From positions 3,712,001 through 3,776,000 of the forward strand of contig OZ241986.1 of NCBI GenBank assembly GCA_965204375.1: a stretch of 64,000 nucleotides of DNA. Reading direction: 5' to 3'. Below, in pieces: positions 1 to 9,440 of the stretch. A program made the position numbers and the translations under genes. A model generated the notes under the pieces. It was not told where the DNA came from and did no database searches. It was given only the letters and a program-made list of their open reading frames with translations. How positions within the stretch are numbered: the stretch's first letter is position 1; each line of letters opens with the position of its first letter. This stretch comes from Candidatus Latescibacterota bacterium. Lineage in GTDB: Bacteria > Latescibacterota > UBA2968.

Positions 1-1
1 C

Positions 2-292
2 ATCCCCGACGAAGCCATCGGACGCACCGCATCCTCTGATCGCGTCACAACCGTAGATTCGACACGGGAAAAAGACGGCAGAAACATACCCTGTACCGCG
101 CAGGGCGGACGGATCGAATTTCGCGCACGCGCGGAAAAACCCGTCTTTTCCACGCGCTGGTTTGCGCTCTCGGACCCGCTCGTCGAACGCGGCGACAACT
201 ACCTGTCCATCACACTCACCAAAAGCGACCCCGAAGCCGCATCCCCCACAATTGTAATCGACGAAGTAGAGATATTCGTCGAACCGCAATAA
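2..292 (+). CDS. 3' end of a hypothetical protein entering from the left edge
   Basis: Open frame from base 2 to TAA 290-292 (...GDNYLSITLTKSDPEAASPTIVIDEVEIFVEPQ*), followed by a hairpin. Confidence 0.75.
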   Translation: MPDEAIGRTASSDRVTTVDSTREKDGRNIPCTAQGGRIEFRARAEKPVFSTRWFALSDPLVERGDNYLSITLTKSDPEAASPTIVIDEVEIFVEPQ

Positions 293-298
293 AAAACA

Positions 299-334
299 GG
301 CCATCAATCCTCTAATTACACAGAATTGATGGCC
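299..334. terminator. Probable (bidirectional) intrinsic terminator between convergent genes
   Basis: Inverted repeat GGCCATCAAT (299-308) / ATTGATGGCC (325-334), preceded by an A-run. Confidence 0.65.
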
Positions 335-395
335 ATTATGTACTGCCCTTGCACGTCAACCGAACAGCAGTCCCCTTGTTATCTGCGGTTTTCAC

Positions 396-2318
396 CTAAA
401 AGCAGCTATAAATATTTGGACTAAACGCGTTTAAATCCGCAGTAAGTCCTATCCCCGAAGGCTTGCTATTTGAGATTGTAAGTGGAATACTGCGAATTGT
501 TTCCCACTCCGTGCGTAGATTTTTTACCCAGTCCGGCAAAGTTCCCAGACGCAATGCGAGTTGGGCGTCAAAAAGCGATTCCGGAGCAACCGCCTCGCCA
601 TTCGATTCCAGAATCTCGAGATCACTCTCATTAAAGGTCGCCGGATTGCCGTGAAAACCCACAATAATCGGAAACAAAAATTTGAGATATCCTTGCCAAA
701 AATCGTAGTGCGTAACAGCACCCCCGTGGTTGTAATTCCAGAACACGAGACGCCGGAGATGGTGCGGCTCAACCCCACCACCGCTGCTACCGGACAACCT
801 GCCATTACTCACAAGATCGTATAAATTGGCATAGCAGGGATCCGTCTTATGGATATCAAGCGGCTGGTCTGGAGACATATCATAACGGTAAATCACATTG
901 CCCGTTGAGACATGGCTCATACCCGTGCCATGATGCTGGCCTGGAATCGCACGGGTGTTTCTCTGAGCATCGATGAGAGGAGCCGTGCTATAAGGCGCCT
1001 GGCCTGCAATATCTTCTGACAGCCCAAACCATATCCCGTAACTACCCTGACTATTAAAAGCAGTATGGCCCTTGTTGCCCGCTATTGTAACCTGGTAAAC
1101 CGATGAGGCAGCGCTGACAGTAAAACCAAGTGCGCCATTGACATGCATGAAAGAGACGCGCCGAACCCAGGAATTGACACATCGGTTGAATCCGAGAATA
1201 CTCCAGCCCGAATTGTGGATGAGATTCAGGTGATGGACAAATGACTCGAAGAACGAGCCGTGAAAACTGATGTCCTCAACGCCGACTTCTTCGAGATGCG
1301 GCAAGGACTGCACCCTCCAATTATACGCATGATTGATATGGGTATGCAGGGGTTCATTGAGGCGAACCCGATTGCCCTGAATCTCGGCAATGCTGTGTTC
1401 TTCCCGTATATCAAGCCCCACTTCGAAAAGTTCCCGCAAGCCGGACGCTGACTGAAGAGGTGCAATAAACTCATTAATTGCTTCTTCCTCGTTAGTATTC
1501 ACAGAGACCCAAATCCACTGACCCACTGAGAGCCTGGAAGCATTATTCACTGTAATCCAAAAAGTTTCTCGCGCCGCACTTTCTGTAATACGCGCTAAGG
1601 TAGAACGAGCGAAGCTAACAGGCTGGAAATTGAACATACTGGGCACATAACCGGGTCTATCGGGAAGGGGGACCATGTAATTGACCATTCGGATAATAGT
1701 ACCCCCCTTGCGGCTACCACTACCTCGCAAAACAATATTGCTACTGTAGATATAGATAGGCTCGTTGTAGCCCTCATCGTTTTTATCCGCATCGGTATTG
1801 ACGAGAAATACACCCGGCGGAAAGAACACAACACCCCTGCCATTTTCCTCTGCCGCGGCAATAGCCCTTACAATAGCAGGCTGGTCAGACACATCGTCAT
1901 TGGGAATGGCGCCATAATCCGTGACGTCGAATATGGGATGCGCGACATCGGGAACGGGTTTGTTGAAGTAGTGATAGCCCGAATAAGAAAAATCGGGTAA
2001 GATAGGTTCTGTCCCATTCTCTTTCGCCTTCACAAACTGTTGATAGGGCATCGCGCTCCTGAAAAATTCCGCCGTTCTGCCAAAGTCGCTGATAAAGAGC
2101 AGAAAATCGCCAAACCCAATTGCGCCATCGCCATTTAAATCGTATTTTGCATCGTACCTCTCCTGACCTTCCCGAGCACCAAACGCGCTGACAAGCAACA
2201 AAAAGTCGGTAAAATTGACCGCCCCACTCTCGTCAAAATCCGGCGAAGGTGCCGCAGACGCCGGTTGAATCAACAGCGCGATGAGTATGATTTGTGCGAA
2301 ACGCATGCGGAATAGCAT
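396..2318 (-). CDS. Secreted pectin-lyase-fold (beta-helix) protein, DUF4955-like, with N-terminal EF-hand/dockerin-like module
   Basis: Signal peptide; DFDESGAVNFTDF and DLNGDGAIGFGDF Ca-binding loops; ILPDFSYSGY, FDVTDYGAIPND, VFFPPGVF; C-terminal PIIVGFHG...PESLFDAQLALRLG. Confidence 0.75.
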   Translation of the reverse strand: MLFRMRFAQIILIALLIQPASAAPSPDFDESGAVNFTDFLLLVSAFGAREGQERYDAKYDLNGDGAIGFGDFLLFISDFGRTAEFFRSAMPYQQFVKAKENGTEPILPDFSYSGYHYFNKPVPDVAHPIFDVTDYGAIPNDDVSDQPAIVRAIAAAEENGRGVVFFPPGVFLVNTDADKNDEGYNEPIYIYSSNIVLRGSGSRKGGTIIRMVNYMVPLPDRPGYVPSMFNFQPVSFARSTLARITESAARETFWITVNNASRLSVGQWIWVSVNTNEEEAINEFIAPLQSASGLRELFEVGLDIREEHSIAEIQGNRVRLNEPLHTHINHAYNWRVQSLPHLEEVGVEDISFHGSFFESFVHHLNLIHNSGWSILGFNRCVNSWVRRVSFMHVNGALGFTVSAASSVYQVTIAGNKGHTAFNSQGSYGIWFGLSEDIAGQAPYSTAPLIDAQRNTRAIPGQHHGTGMSHVSTGNVIYRYDMSPDQPLDIHKTDPCYANLYDLVSNGRLSGSSGGGVEPHHLRRLVFWNYNHGGAVTHYDFWQGYLKFLFPIIVGFHGNPATFNESDLEILESNGEAVAPESLFDAQLALRLGTLPDWVKNLRTEWETIRSIPLTISNSKPSGIGLTADLNAFSPNIYSCF

Positions 2319-2327
2319 ATTAAATTC

Positions 2328-3650
2328 CTATGAAGCAACCTCTTCGAGGGCATTTCCGACAGCCAAAATCAAACCGTCGATGTGTTCATCCTGCGTCGGA
2401 AGACTAATCGCACACATAGTCAGTCCCTGCCCGCAGAAATAGCCCTGATTGAGCAGAGACAGAAACACGGCGTGTGCGAATGCCCTGTCCGCCCGGGTCA
2501 GATCGCGATAATCGTGCAACCTGTCAATACCAAAGTGGATACCAAACACCGACCCCGTCGCAACGACCTGCGCCACAACACCCCGTTCGGCGAACAAATC
2601 TTCCAGACCGGTCTTCAACCGATTCCCCAAACGGTTCAGATGCGCGTACGCCTCGTCCGTCATAGATTCGAGCGTAGCGATCCCCGCAGCCATCGCCACT
2701 GCGTGACTGCTATGGGTACCACTCTGAAAAACAGATGAAGACCCGCTGGAATTATCCACCATATCCATAATATCCGCTCGCCCGCCAAAAGCCCCGACGG
2801 GAAACCCGCCGCCGATCATCTTGCCAAAACACGTCAAATCAGGCCTGATCCCCACATGACTTTGCAGACCGCCCTTCGCCTGACGAAATCCGACAATCTC
2901 ATCGAGAATCAGCAAAATGCCGAGTTCCTCGGTAATCGCGCGCACCCGCTGGATAAAATCGTGCCGGATCGGAATAATACCCGCCTTTGGATCGAGAATC
3001 ACACACGCCAGTTCATCCCGGTGGCGCGACAAAAGCCGCTCGACGCTCTCCTCATCGTTATAGGGCAAAACAATCATATCCTCAAGCGCGTGCAACGCCA
3101 TACCCCCCGCACTGGGAACCGCATTGGGCGCAGAGGCTTCCCCCGCGGATTCCAGAGACGGGGTAGTGCTGATCTCCACAGCATCGTGACTCCCGTGGTA
3201 ACCGCCCTCGAACTTCGCGATCTTCGGCCTACCGCTGAAACATCTCGCCAGCCGAACCGCGTGCAATGTGGCTTCGGTCCCGGAACTGACAAAACGGATG
3301 CGATCAACCGAAGATATGCGCTCGCACATCACTCGCGCCAACCGGGTCTCGATACCCGTTGCAGCACCAAGCGCGATACCATCGACCAACTGTCTCTCCA
3401 CCGCCTCTACAATCGCGGGATGGTTATGCCCCAGAACCTGCGCAGTGTGGTGATTCGAGAAATCGACATAGGACCTGCCATCGACATCTTCGAGCACACA
3501 TCCCTTTCCCCGTCGCAGCGTAATCGGATACGGCGCAAAAAAATAGGCGCCCTTGGCGGCGCCAGCATTCACCGACCGCCCGTCCTCAAACATCTGACGG
3601 GACATCGGCGTCAATTCGCGATATCTAACTTCAATAGTCTCTTGCGACAT
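2328..3650 (-). CDS. Class III PLP aminotransferase (glutamate-1-semialdehyde aminomutase-like)
   Basis: SSGTEA, KFEGGYHG, LILDEIVGFR, DLTCFGKMIGGGFPVGAFGG. Confidence 0.85.
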   Translation of the reverse strand: MSQETIEVRYRELTPMSRQMFEDGRSVNAGAAKGAYFFAPYPITLRRGKGCVLEDVDGRSYVDFSNHHTAQVLGHNHPAIVEAVERQLVDGIALGAATGIETRLARVMCERISSVDRIRFVSSGTEATLHAVRLARCFSGRPKIAKFEGGYHGSHDAVEISTTPSLESAGEASAPNAVPSAGGMALHALEDMIVLPYNDEESVERLLSRHRDELACVILDPKAGIIPIRHDFIQRVRAITEELGILLILDEIVGFRQAKGGLQSHVGIRPDLTCFGKMIGGGFPVGAFGGRADIMDMVDNSSGSSSVFQSGTHSSHAVAMAAGIATLESMTDEAYAHLNRLGNRLKTGLEDLFAERGVVAQVVATGSVFGIHFGIDRLHDYRDLTRADRAFAHAVFLSLLNQGYFCGQGLTMCAISLPTQDEHIDGLILAVGNALEEVAS

Positions 3651-3663
3651 TGCTCAATTTCCC

Positions 3664-4413
3664 TCACAATCTCAACAGGCGTTTCGCATTTTCCCCAAGC
3701 ACCAGACGCTTCTCGCAATCGCCAATCCTCGCAGTAATAATCTTCCCCAGTTGCGTTCGCGGATCCATAAGCGGAACATCCGAACCGAAAAGTACGCGAT
3801 CGGCACCCGCTTCGGCCACCAGCCTTTCGATCACACCAGGCTCGCGGAAAGTGGAACACGTCTCGACATAAACATTCGAAAATCGCTGCGCCGCCCGAAT
3901 CGCCTGACTTCTGTACGGCTCGGAATTGCCCGCATGCGCGATCACAAAATTCGCATTCGGATAGCACCCGGCAATATCCTCAACATAAACGGGCCAACAC
4001 GTCTCTTCCGCACCCGTATGCGAAATAATCGCCAGACCGCGATCATCCGCGAACTGATAAACCGGGTCCCACACGGGATCGTTCAACCGCCAGTGGGAAT
4101 AGGGCGGGTAGATCTTAATCGCCAAAAATCCGAGCTTGTCAATCGCCCGTTCCAACTCCGGTACCATAAATTCGGACATCAGGGGAGAGACATAGGCAAA
4201 ACCGATAAACCGCTCCGGGTAGCGACTCACAAAAGCCGCAGTCTGGTCATTGCCCGTCGCGCCATCTGGATGAAAGATATTGAATAGACAACTGCGATCA
4301 ATACCCACGGCATCCATCGCGTGGAGAATCTCGTCGGCATCATCGCTCATCTCAAAAATGTCCCACCGGCCGACATGCCCGTGAAAATCGATAATTTCCC
4401 GACCGTCAATCAT
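3664..4413 (-). CDS. Amidohydrolase family 2 metal-dependent hydrolase
   Basis: IIDFHGH, KIYP, SHTG, IAHAG, LFGSDVP; ATG at 4413 overlaps the upstream stop. Confidence 0.85.
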   Translation of the reverse strand: MIDGREIIDFHGHVGRWDIFEMSDDADEILHAMDAVGIDRSCLFNIFHPDGATGNDQTAAFVSRYPERFIGFAYVSPLMSEFMVPELERAIDKLGFLAIKIYPPYSHWRLNDPVWDPVYQFADDRGLAIISHTGAEETCWPVYVEDIAGCYPNANFVIAHAGNSEPYRSQAIRAAQRFSNVYVETCSTFREPGVIERLVAEAGADRVLFGSDVPLMDPRTQLGKIITARIGDCEKRLVLGENAKRLLRL

Positions 4414-5152
4414 AAAGAACCCGCTCCAGATTCGCCGCACAGATCAACCTGAGATCATCCTCCGATATCTCCAGATGATGGAGCGCGAACAGCATCGGAC
4501 CCATCGCATATCGCGGAAAGAACGACCCGTAAAGTAGCCGTCCCGCACCAAATTCCCGAACCAACTTCTCGATCCCGCAGATATTCTCATAACGGCTGAG
4601 TTCGAGAAACGCATTGGGCAACACCCGCAGCATCGGACGGACCATCATCGAATGCGTATAGTGCGCGCCGACCAGCACGACAGTCAGATCCGGATACCCA
4701 CCCAGCGTATCGACGACCTCTGCCGGAGGCGTATCCGCCAGCGACACCCAGAGGGGAATACCCTCAGCACGCAGCCAGGCGAGCAAATCACCGTAAAGCC
4801 ACGAAACAAATGGCAGCCTGCATTCCTCGGTATTGTGCAGCCGAACGCTCGAAACGACACCATCCCGGTGGAAATCGCACAACTGCCTCAGCGATCCAGA
4901 ATCACACCCGGCGACGAACTGCGGAACAAGCGCGTCATTTTGCCCCGTCAACACCGCGAGCGAATCATTGCCCTGCATCGGACTAATCCATTCGCCTTGA
5001 ACGGCATAGACAAGCGCGCGATCAACCCCGTGGCGCGACATCTCCTCGAGCAACTGACCGGGAGAATCGACTGGAGATCGCCGGTCGTGGCGATTGCCGA
5101 TCCCGACATTGGCATCAAATACGGGAACGCGAGATCTAAAAGACAAAGACAT
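4406..5152 (-). CDS. Amidohydrolase-fold protein with degenerate metal-binding motifs
   Basis: FDANVGIG, LLEEMSRHGVDRALV, RLLYGSFFP; lacks the HxH motif and the conserved Asp. Confidence 0.75.
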   Translation of the reverse strand: MSLSFRSRVPVFDANVGIGNRHDRRSPVDSPGQLLEEMSRHGVDRALVYAVQGEWISPMQGNDSLAVLTGQNDALVPQFVAGCDSGSLRQLCDFHRDGVVSSVRLHNTEECRLPFVSWLYGDLLAWLRAEGIPLWVSLADTPPAEVVDTLGGYPDLTVVLVGAHYTHSMMVRPMLRVLPNAFLELSRYENICGIEKLVREFGAGRLLYGSFFPRYAMGPMLFALHHLEISEDDLRLICAANLERVLYD

Positions 5153-5185
5153 TGCGTATAACCCAACTCAGATGTGAAAACACAA

Positions 5186-6682
5186 TCACCCCTCGCCCCG
5201 CGCAACGATCTCCGACCAGGGAACGCCCTCATGGACATCCTGGTGCGCCTGCGACCAGGTCTCCGTTTCATAACCCGGAACATCTGCCGGCGTCAATCCC
5301 TCTGGGAGCGGACCATGCATAAGCGGCGGACAGGAACGGAAACGCAGCAAATCAATCAGCAGCTTTTCCCGTACCTCGCGATAATCCGGATCATCCCACC
5401 GGTTGATGAGTTCCCCCGGATCAATGCGATGGTCGTAGAGTTCGCTCTCGTCTCCCGTAATATCGAGCGTAATCCGAAATTCCTCCGTACGCATCGACAT
5501 ATGGTGATACGCCTTGACGTGTTCGCACAGCACAGCCTGCTTATTCCAGGCATCCCTACCCTGAAGAGCGGGAACCAGACTCCTACCCTGAACCGTATTG
5601 GGCGCATCAACACCCAGAATATCCATCAGCGTGGGATAGAGATCCACAGACTCCACAAACCCATCGAAAACCTCCCCCCTCGGCAACGCCGCGGGATAGC
5701 GCAGAATAAACGGCACCCGATGGATACACTCGTAAAATCCGAGATTTTTCCAGATCAGACCGTGTTCGCCGGCAAAATCGCCGTGGTCTGCCGAATAAAT
5801 GACAATAGTCTCCTCCAGAATACCCTGGGATTCCAATTCTTCGAGAACGCGCCCGATCTGCTCATCAATCAGAGAGACCAGCCCGTAGTAATGGGCGATA
5901 CACTTTTGCAGATGTGCCCTATCCCTGGGCCTGAACGGATAGGGAAGCTCCCCCCGTTTGGCCTGTTGCTGGCGTTCGGACTTGCCCTCAAACGCATCCG
6001 CTGCATTGTCCGGCACCGCGACCTCCTCGGGATCGTACATGCGATCAAAAGGCGCGGACACGGTAAGCGGGTCGTGTGGTCTTGAAAAAGAGATACACGC
6101 GAAGAAAGGTTTGCCCTTATCGCGCTCCCGAAGATATTTGACAGACTCATTCCCACACCAGACCTCGACCGAATGTTCCAGTGGCAGCGGCGAAGTCACC
6201 GCACATTCGGGGTGCCGTGCCCATTTTCTGGTCAGGTCAAAATCATCCGCCACCCCGGCCTCGACCAGACTCCGGAAATAATCGCAACTCAGCGGGTCAT
6301 CGGGCAGGGCGTCGGTCATATGGTCAAAACGGTGGTAATCGAACTCGCGGCGGGGCCAGTGGACCCCAATATGCCCCTTGCCAATGATAGCCGTTTGATA
6401 CCCCACCTGCTTCAATATAGAGGTGATCGGATTCAGATGATCGGGCGGTTCGTCCGTATTGTTGTGCCGCCGGTGAAAATGCTCGTACATCCCCGTCATA
6501 TAGGAAATTCGGGACGGACCACAGTGCGCGCTATTGCCATACGCCCGCGAAAACCGCACCCCCTCTCGCGCCAGACGATCCATATTCGGCGTCCTGAGCA
6601 GGGGTTCCCCCGCACAGGACATTGTGCGCGCATTGTGCTGATCGGTCAAAATCCAGAGAATATTCGGTTGTCCAGATGCCAT
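5186..6682 (-). CDS. Cys-type sulfatase (S1)
   Basis: PNILWILTDQH, CGPSR (CxPxR), GKGH, SADHGD. Confidence 0.9.
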   Translation of the reverse strand: MASGQPNILWILTDQHNARTMSCAGEPLLRTPNMDRLAREGVRFSRAYGNSAHCGPSRISYMTGMYEHFHRRHNNTDEPPDHLNPITSILKQVGYQTAIIGKGHIGVHWPRREFDYHRFDHMTDALPDDPLSCDYFRSLVEAGVADDFDLTRKWARHPECAVTSPLPLEHSVEVWCGNESVKYLRERDKGKPFFACISFSRPHDPLTVSAPFDRMYDPEEVAVPDNAADAFEGKSERQQQAKRGELPYPFRPRDRAHLQKCIAHYYGLVSLIDEQIGRVLEELESQGILEETIVIYSADHGDFAGEHGLIWKNLGFYECIHRVPFILRYPAALPRGEVFDGFVESVDLYPTLMDILGVDAPNTVQGRSLVPALQGRDAWNKQAVLCEHVKAYHHMSMRTEEFRITLDITGDESELYDHRIDPGELINRWDDPDYREVREKLLIDLLRFRSCPPLMHGPLPEGLTPADVPGYETETWSQAHQDVHEGVPWSEIVARGEG

Positions 6683-6690
6683 TTAACTCC

Positions 6691-7107
6691 TCACTTTCGC
6701 GTCACCCGCAGCACGCCCTCATCGGCATTCACCACCACGTGGTCGCCCGTAGCGATCAGCTCAAACGGATCCCGTTCCAACTCTGTCATCATCGGAATCT
6801 CATTGACAATACATCCGAGAGCAGCCAATCCATCCACCTCCACATTGACAAAAGCCACTGGCGCATTGCCTTCCAATTGTGCCAGATTTAAAACCATAGG
6901 CGTACCCGAAGAACCTTTGGTCGAGCGAATAACCAGTACGCGCCCTCCCAGAGAAATTCCCTCCAGAGGATGCCCCACGCCGATCACCTTGCCCGTAATT
7001 GCATCCACCTCGCCCCAGAACGACAGCGTTGTATCAGCCACCAGTGCCTCGCCCTCCGCGTATCCCTTAACCACACCGTGCCCTCGAATATCAATGGTAT
7101 CAGCCAT
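6691..7107 (-). CDS. Aconitase X small (swivel, DUF126) subunit
   Basis: GEALV...LSFWGEVD..TG...GHPLEG, KGSSG, TGDHVVVNADEG; ATG 7107 overlaps the stop of the large subunit. Confidence 0.85.
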   Translation of the reverse strand: MADTIDIRGHGVVKGYAEGEALVADTTLSFWGEVDAITGKVIGVGHPLEGISLGGRVLVIRSTKGSSGTPMVLNLAQLEGNAPVAFVNVEVDGLAALGCIVNEIPMMTELERDPFELIATGDHVVVNADEGVLRVTRK

Positions 7108-8350
7108 CTCCAAGCCACCTCCCGGCAACTGCCGCGCGTATGCAGGCCTCCGTCTTGGCAATAATCACTTCTGCACCCACCATCCCCCGCGCATAGTGCG
7201 CCTGCTTAAAACCGTGGGTCACAATGCGCTTCGCCGGAATCCGCATATTTGTCGGACAGGTATCGCAAAGAATGCGCCCGCCAGCCGCCTCAATAATCTC
7301 CGTATAGCCCATCCTATCCGCATTTCCCTTCGTACCCCGCGCTGTATCGATCCACAGGCGCACGCCTTTTGCCACCTTTTTCCCCTTCAAAAGAGCGGCA
7401 ATTTTCGAAAGCTCATTAATAGACGCATGCGGGCAACCCAGAATGACCGAATCGATTTCATCTCCCGTGCGCACCCGCAAAGACTCATAAGTCTCCCTCA
7501 ACGTCTCCGCATCAAACGTCAAATAATCCTCTGGAACATCCCCCTGAAACGCCGCTTCCAAAGTAGGCGCTTCTGGCGTAACACCCGCGATATGACACAT
7601 CGTCACCCCGCCCGAAGTCGCCAGCGCCGCACACAGTTGCTTGGCCTCGTCCTGAGAAGGCCGCCGTATGCCATTGAACACCGGAATACCCAGACCCGCT
7701 GCTTTTCCCGCAAAATAGCCCAGAGCACCCCAATCGGGCGGATCCTCCAACTCCGCCGTCACCTCTATCCGAAGCGTGCCCTTGCGATTCTCATCCAGCA
7801 ACACGCCGAACTCCGGAACCAGACCCAGAAGCGAGGCTGCAATCGCGCTCTCCGTGCCGTGCCGCGTCGTCCGCGCGCCCAGAATAGAATTGGCATAAAC
7901 CACCGCAGACGACTCCGTCCACGCCAGAACCTCATCCTTGAGCGGCACATTGCCCACCAGATACGGGGCACAGGTAAAAGTGGGGATAAACCCCGCATCC
8001 GCAGCCAGAACCGCCAGATCCTTCTGCATCTGCACCTGCTCGGGATCATTCTCGGGCACATCCAAATCATCCAGAGTCACAAACGCCGCATGCACCGTAC
8101 AGGTACATCCGGGATGCGTCCCGTGGGAACACGCCTCCACGAGATCGGCCATATATCGGTCCATCGTCTCTTTGGACGCCCCCTGAGCCATCAAATTGGG
8201 CACCGGCAGCAAAGCGTGTGTATTATCCACTTTAATCAGCCGTTTTGCCCCCATCACCTCGCCCCATTCAACCAGCCAGCGCATGCACTTTGCCAGATAG
8301 TCTCCCCGCGATCCATCCAGAACAGCCTGCTGTTCTCCTGTCAGTTCCAT
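7100..8350 (-). CDS. Aconitase X catalytic (DUF521) subunit
   Basis: TFTCAPY, AWTESSAVVYANSILGART, AALATSGG..MCHIAGVTPEA, LGCPH, CDTC; GAGGAG RBS before ATG 8350. Confidence 0.88.
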   Translation of the reverse strand: MELTGEQQAVLDGSRGDYLAKCMRWLVEWGEVMGAKRLIKVDNTHALLPVPNLMAQGASKETMDRYMADLVEACSHGTHPGCTCTVHAAFVTLDDLDVPENDPEQVQMQKDLAVLAADAGFIPTFTCAPYLVGNVPLKDEVLAWTESSAVVYANSILGARTTRHGTESAIAASLLGLVPEFGVLLDENRKGTLRIEVTAELEDPPDWGALGYFAGKAAGLGIPVFNGIRRPSQDEAKQLCAALATSGGVTMCHIAGVTPEAPTLEAAFQGDVPEDYLTFDAETLRETYESLRVRTGDEIDSVILGCPHASINELSKIAALLKGKKVAKGVRLWIDTARGTKGNADRMGYTEIIEAAGGRILCDTCPTNMRIPAKRIVTHGFKQAHYARGMVGAEVIIAKTEACIRAAVAGRWLGDG

Positions 8351-8363
8351 AAAACGCTCCTCC

Positions 8364-9239
8364 TCAATTACCGATCGGATCGATACCCGCCATCTCGTAA
8401 TTCCTGATCCAGTCGTGATGTGACCTCGCCACACCCTCTGGATTGACCCGACTTCGAGCGATAAAACCCGGCACATTCTCACGACCGGTCGGAAGCCCAA
8501 TGCGGCTATAGCGAACATCCAGACTCCACCTGACGGATTTTGTCGTATGCGGGGTTGAGCGATGCAAAACGCGCTCCATCGTCATCAATACATCTCCCAC
8601 ATCGACCTCGCAAGTCACGACCTCAAAATCCGGAAGATCACTTTCGAAGACCCCTTTAAAGTGGGGTGTCCGATAATCGTGTGGCAAAAGACCGACCCGA
8701 TGGGAACCGCGAAGCACCTGCAAACACCCGTTATCGGCCGTCGCCTTAACCAGTGGGATCCAGAAATTGACAAATAGCGTCTCTCCTGCATCCTCCGGTA
8801 TGAGATACGCCAGATCCTGATGCCACGGCACCACAGTCGCTTCCAGATCTGGCAATTTGGCGCGCAGATTGGACTGCGGATGCGCGTAAATCTCGGGACC
8901 AATCAGAGATTCAGTCGCATCCAGTATAGCCGGATGCGTCCTGAGCGCGAACATCCCGGGCGTCTTAAATCTCTTCCCCTGAAAATGCTTCCAGATCCGC
9001 TCTGGCTCCGCACAGGCATTCGACACCAGAGCCAATCGGGTCTCAAAAGGCGCGTCGGGAAAAGTATCCCCCGGATCGAGCAGACCCTCATCCACTGCCG
9101 CGCCCACCACCTCGTCAATTTTAGCCACGAGTTCATCGACAAACGGTTGGTACGCTTCTTCTGGAAGCTGATCGCGGACGATCAAAAAACCATCGTCGTG
9201 GAACTGCGCCACCTGTTCTACGCTCAGTCCATATTTCAT
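8364..9239 (-). CDS. Phytanoyl-CoA dioxygenase (PhyH) family Fe(II)/2OG enzyme
   Basis: QFHDDGF, PWHQD, WIPL..AT..NGCLQVLRGSH, LHRS, RWSLDVRY. Confidence 0.9.
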   Translation of the reverse strand: MKYGLSVEQVAQFHDDGFLIVRDQLPEEAYQPFVDELVAKIDEVVGAAVDEGLLDPGDTFPDAPFETRLALVSNACAEPERIWKHFQGKRFKTPGMFALRTHPAILDATESLIGPEIYAHPQSNLRAKLPDLEATVVPWHQDLAYLIPEDAGETLFVNFWIPLVKATADNGCLQVLRGSHRVGLLPHDYRTPHFKGVFESDLPDFEVVTCEVDVGDVLMTMERVLHRSTPHTTKSVRWSLDVRYSRIGLPTGRENVPGFIARSRVNPEGVARSHHDWIRNYEMAGIDPIGN

Positions 9240-9260
9240 GGGAAACCCTCCAATAAGTTT

Positions 9261-9289
9261 TTACCCACGCATCGCATTGTAATCAACCG
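9261..9289. repeat. Left copy of a 29-bp imperfect direct repeat (encodes ...VDYNAMRG* on the minus strand)
   Basis: TTACCCACGCATCGCATTGTAATCAACCG matches 26441-26469 at 25/29 positions. Confidence 0.75.
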
Positions 9290-9440
9290 CAGAATCCTCT
9301 CCAGGTCAAGCGTTCTCTGCGATACCCTCTTTGGAAGCGATCCACGACCGCCTGCCGCTAACCTTACGTCATTAGAATGCACTGATCTCAGGTCTAATCC
9401 GCACACTGAGGCCTTGCCTCTTCGGGTGGGCAAAATTCAC

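Noticed and set aside
2328-3650. Calling this gene hemL
   Set aside because: Divergent N-terminus and catabolic context; only the class III family is supported
6173-8407. 744-aa plus-strand ORF (and similar long antisense ORFs at 2856-3737, 5174-6085, 8820-9989, 15455-16678, 18624-19820, 57067-58407)
   Set aside because: Shadow frames opposite well-supported genes; Arg/Pro/His-rich with no recognisable motifs
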